Positions 62,600-64,000 of a stretch of DNA of 64,000 nt are shown one piece after another. This DNA comes from Heterodontus francisci (Eukaryota): assembly GCF_036365525.1 (NCBI RefSeq), contig NC_090421.1:7072725-7136724 (forward strand), in the 5' to 3' direction. A program made the translations under genes and the position numbers. Each line of letters starts with the position of its first letter. The stretch's first letter is position 1. The notes beneath the pieces were generated by a model. The model had not been told where the DNA came from, did no database searches, and saw only the letters and a program-made list of their open reading frames with translations.

Positions 62600-62949
62600 G
62601 GGCGGCACAGTGGCGCAGTGGTTAGCACCGCAGCCTCACAGCTCCAGCGACCCGGGTTCAATTCCGGGTACTGCCTGTGTGGAGTTTGCAAGTTCTCCCT
62701 GTGTCTGCGTGGGTTTTCTCCAGGTGCTCCGGTTTCCTCCCACATGCCAAAGACTTGCAGGTTGATAGGTAAATTGGCCATTATAAATTGCCCCTAGTAT
62801 AGGTAGGTGGTAGGGAAATATAGGGACAGGTGGGGATGTGGTAGGAACATGGAATTAGTGTAGGATTAGTATAAATGGGTGGTTGATGGTCGGCACAGAC
62901 TCGGTGGGCCGAAGGGCCTGTTTCAGTGCTGTATCTCTAAAACTAAAAC
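62600..62949 (+). mobile_element. Full-length HE1-like tRNA-derived V-SINE in tubulin gene 3 intron 1
   Basis: Pol III A box (TGGCGCAGTGG) and B box (GGTTCAATTCC), V-domain GTGGAGTTTGCA...TCCGGTTTCCTCCCAC, LINE-like 3' tail. Confidence 0.9.
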
Positions 62950-64000
62950 GATTACATCAGTCTTAATTCTGTTAATACAAATGTAATTCCTTTCTAATAC
63001 CCTGTATTCTACCATCTTAATGCAGATTTTGCTCGAGTATTTAATACATGGACTGCTTTTTAAGCAATAGTTGGCAATTTACAAAGTAATTCAAATTTAA
63101 TTTTCATCCTCAAGTGATACCCTTGTTTGTGCTTGAATATATATTGATGGTGCAAATCAGTTAGTTTTGTTGAGAAAATCGTTTAAATGAAGCATAGTTT
63201 TACAACCGAACATTTTTTGAATAAAAGGCTTTTGGTCCCATCTGTAAAAAAAAAATGTAAATCTCTAGAATTTGATTGCTCTGCAAATCTACGGCAGTTT
63301 CTTGCGAGACAATGGTGCTTATTCTGAGAAATCATATCCGCTGGGCAGAAAACGGCACATCAGTGCAATTCTTTGGAGTTCAGTACTGCAACATTCATGA
63401 GCTGAAGGTTCTGATGCTGAATCTGGGTGGGGTTACACTGCAGTGCGGATTGCCTCCACCTACCTTCCCCCCTCCCCACCCCATATTGTTTTGCTAGACG
63501 CCAAACGATCCGTTTGAAATCTTTTCGCCAAGCCATTTTTCAAATAGGACCTTTTTTATACCCAGTCACCAATATGGACTCCAAATTTACATTGTCTGTA
63601 CTTAGCATAGTACCGAATGAGTTGTAATTCTGTACATTTCTTGGTGACCTAGTTTGACGTTGGCTTTGTGCCCTCCGCATGATCATTATTGACGTAATGC
63701 CGTTAGTAAGCCGACCTGCAGTGATTTTCGGTAGGAAATCCGTATGAAATTCGCTAGCTCGCAGCTGTGGTCGACAAACCATAGAACAGGAAAATGTGAA
63801 GTATCTGGAAACGTTAGAGTCCCAACAAAACAAAGTAATTTGAAGGGGAGGATTGACAAATTCAGCTCGCATCCTCTGCGCATTACTATCCACTTAGAGC
63901 CACCCCCTATTGTATTAAAACACCAAATTCACGTTTCAGAAGTTCCATCTTGAAGTATCATTTTAAACATATCTAACAATTAGCCCGCGAAAAAAAGCTT

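Noticed and set aside
62600-62675. tRNA-like sequence with A/B boxes
   Set aside because: It is the head of a multi-copy V-SINE, continuing into the V-domain and LINE-derived tail; not a tRNA gene.
63008-63016. ATG followed by GT (ATGgtagaa, minus strand) as gene 3 exon 1
   Set aside because: Weak donor with no promoter motifs nearby; exon 1 is more likely beyond 64000.

Overview
Eukaryotic genomic DNA, very likely from a cartilaginous fish (inferred from HE1-like V-SINEs, SacSINE1-like DeuSINEs and the CR1 and Penelope remnants). The window holds the first coding exon and CCAAT-rich promoter of an LMBR1L-like gene (minus strand, ATG at 11018). It is followed by three tandem minus-strand alpha-tubulin genes (26828-30635, 44811-48569 and 59684->61375; exon 1 of the third was not found and probably lies beyond the right edge). 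This mirrors the human LMBR1L-TUBA1B-TUBA1A order. The middle tubulin gene is a chimera: promoter, introns and coding region are near-identical to gene 1 (TUBA1B-type), while its stop codon and 3' UTR match gene 3 (TUBA1A-type). The rest is dense, nested transposon sequence: an ORF-intact RTE LINE with a 9-bp TSD and a long CpG/C-rich 5' leader, a bipartite non-autonomous RTE derivative, a Gmr1-type (IN before RT) Gypsy element, two solo LTRs, Tx1, CR1 and CR1/L2 LINEs, hAT and Harbinger MITEs, SINEs, and a Penelope remnant with a minimal hammerhead ribozyme. I see no convincing wholly new protein system. The most novel-looking signals are the tubulin chimera/conversion mosaic and the RTE architecture. 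All alignments were made by eye.
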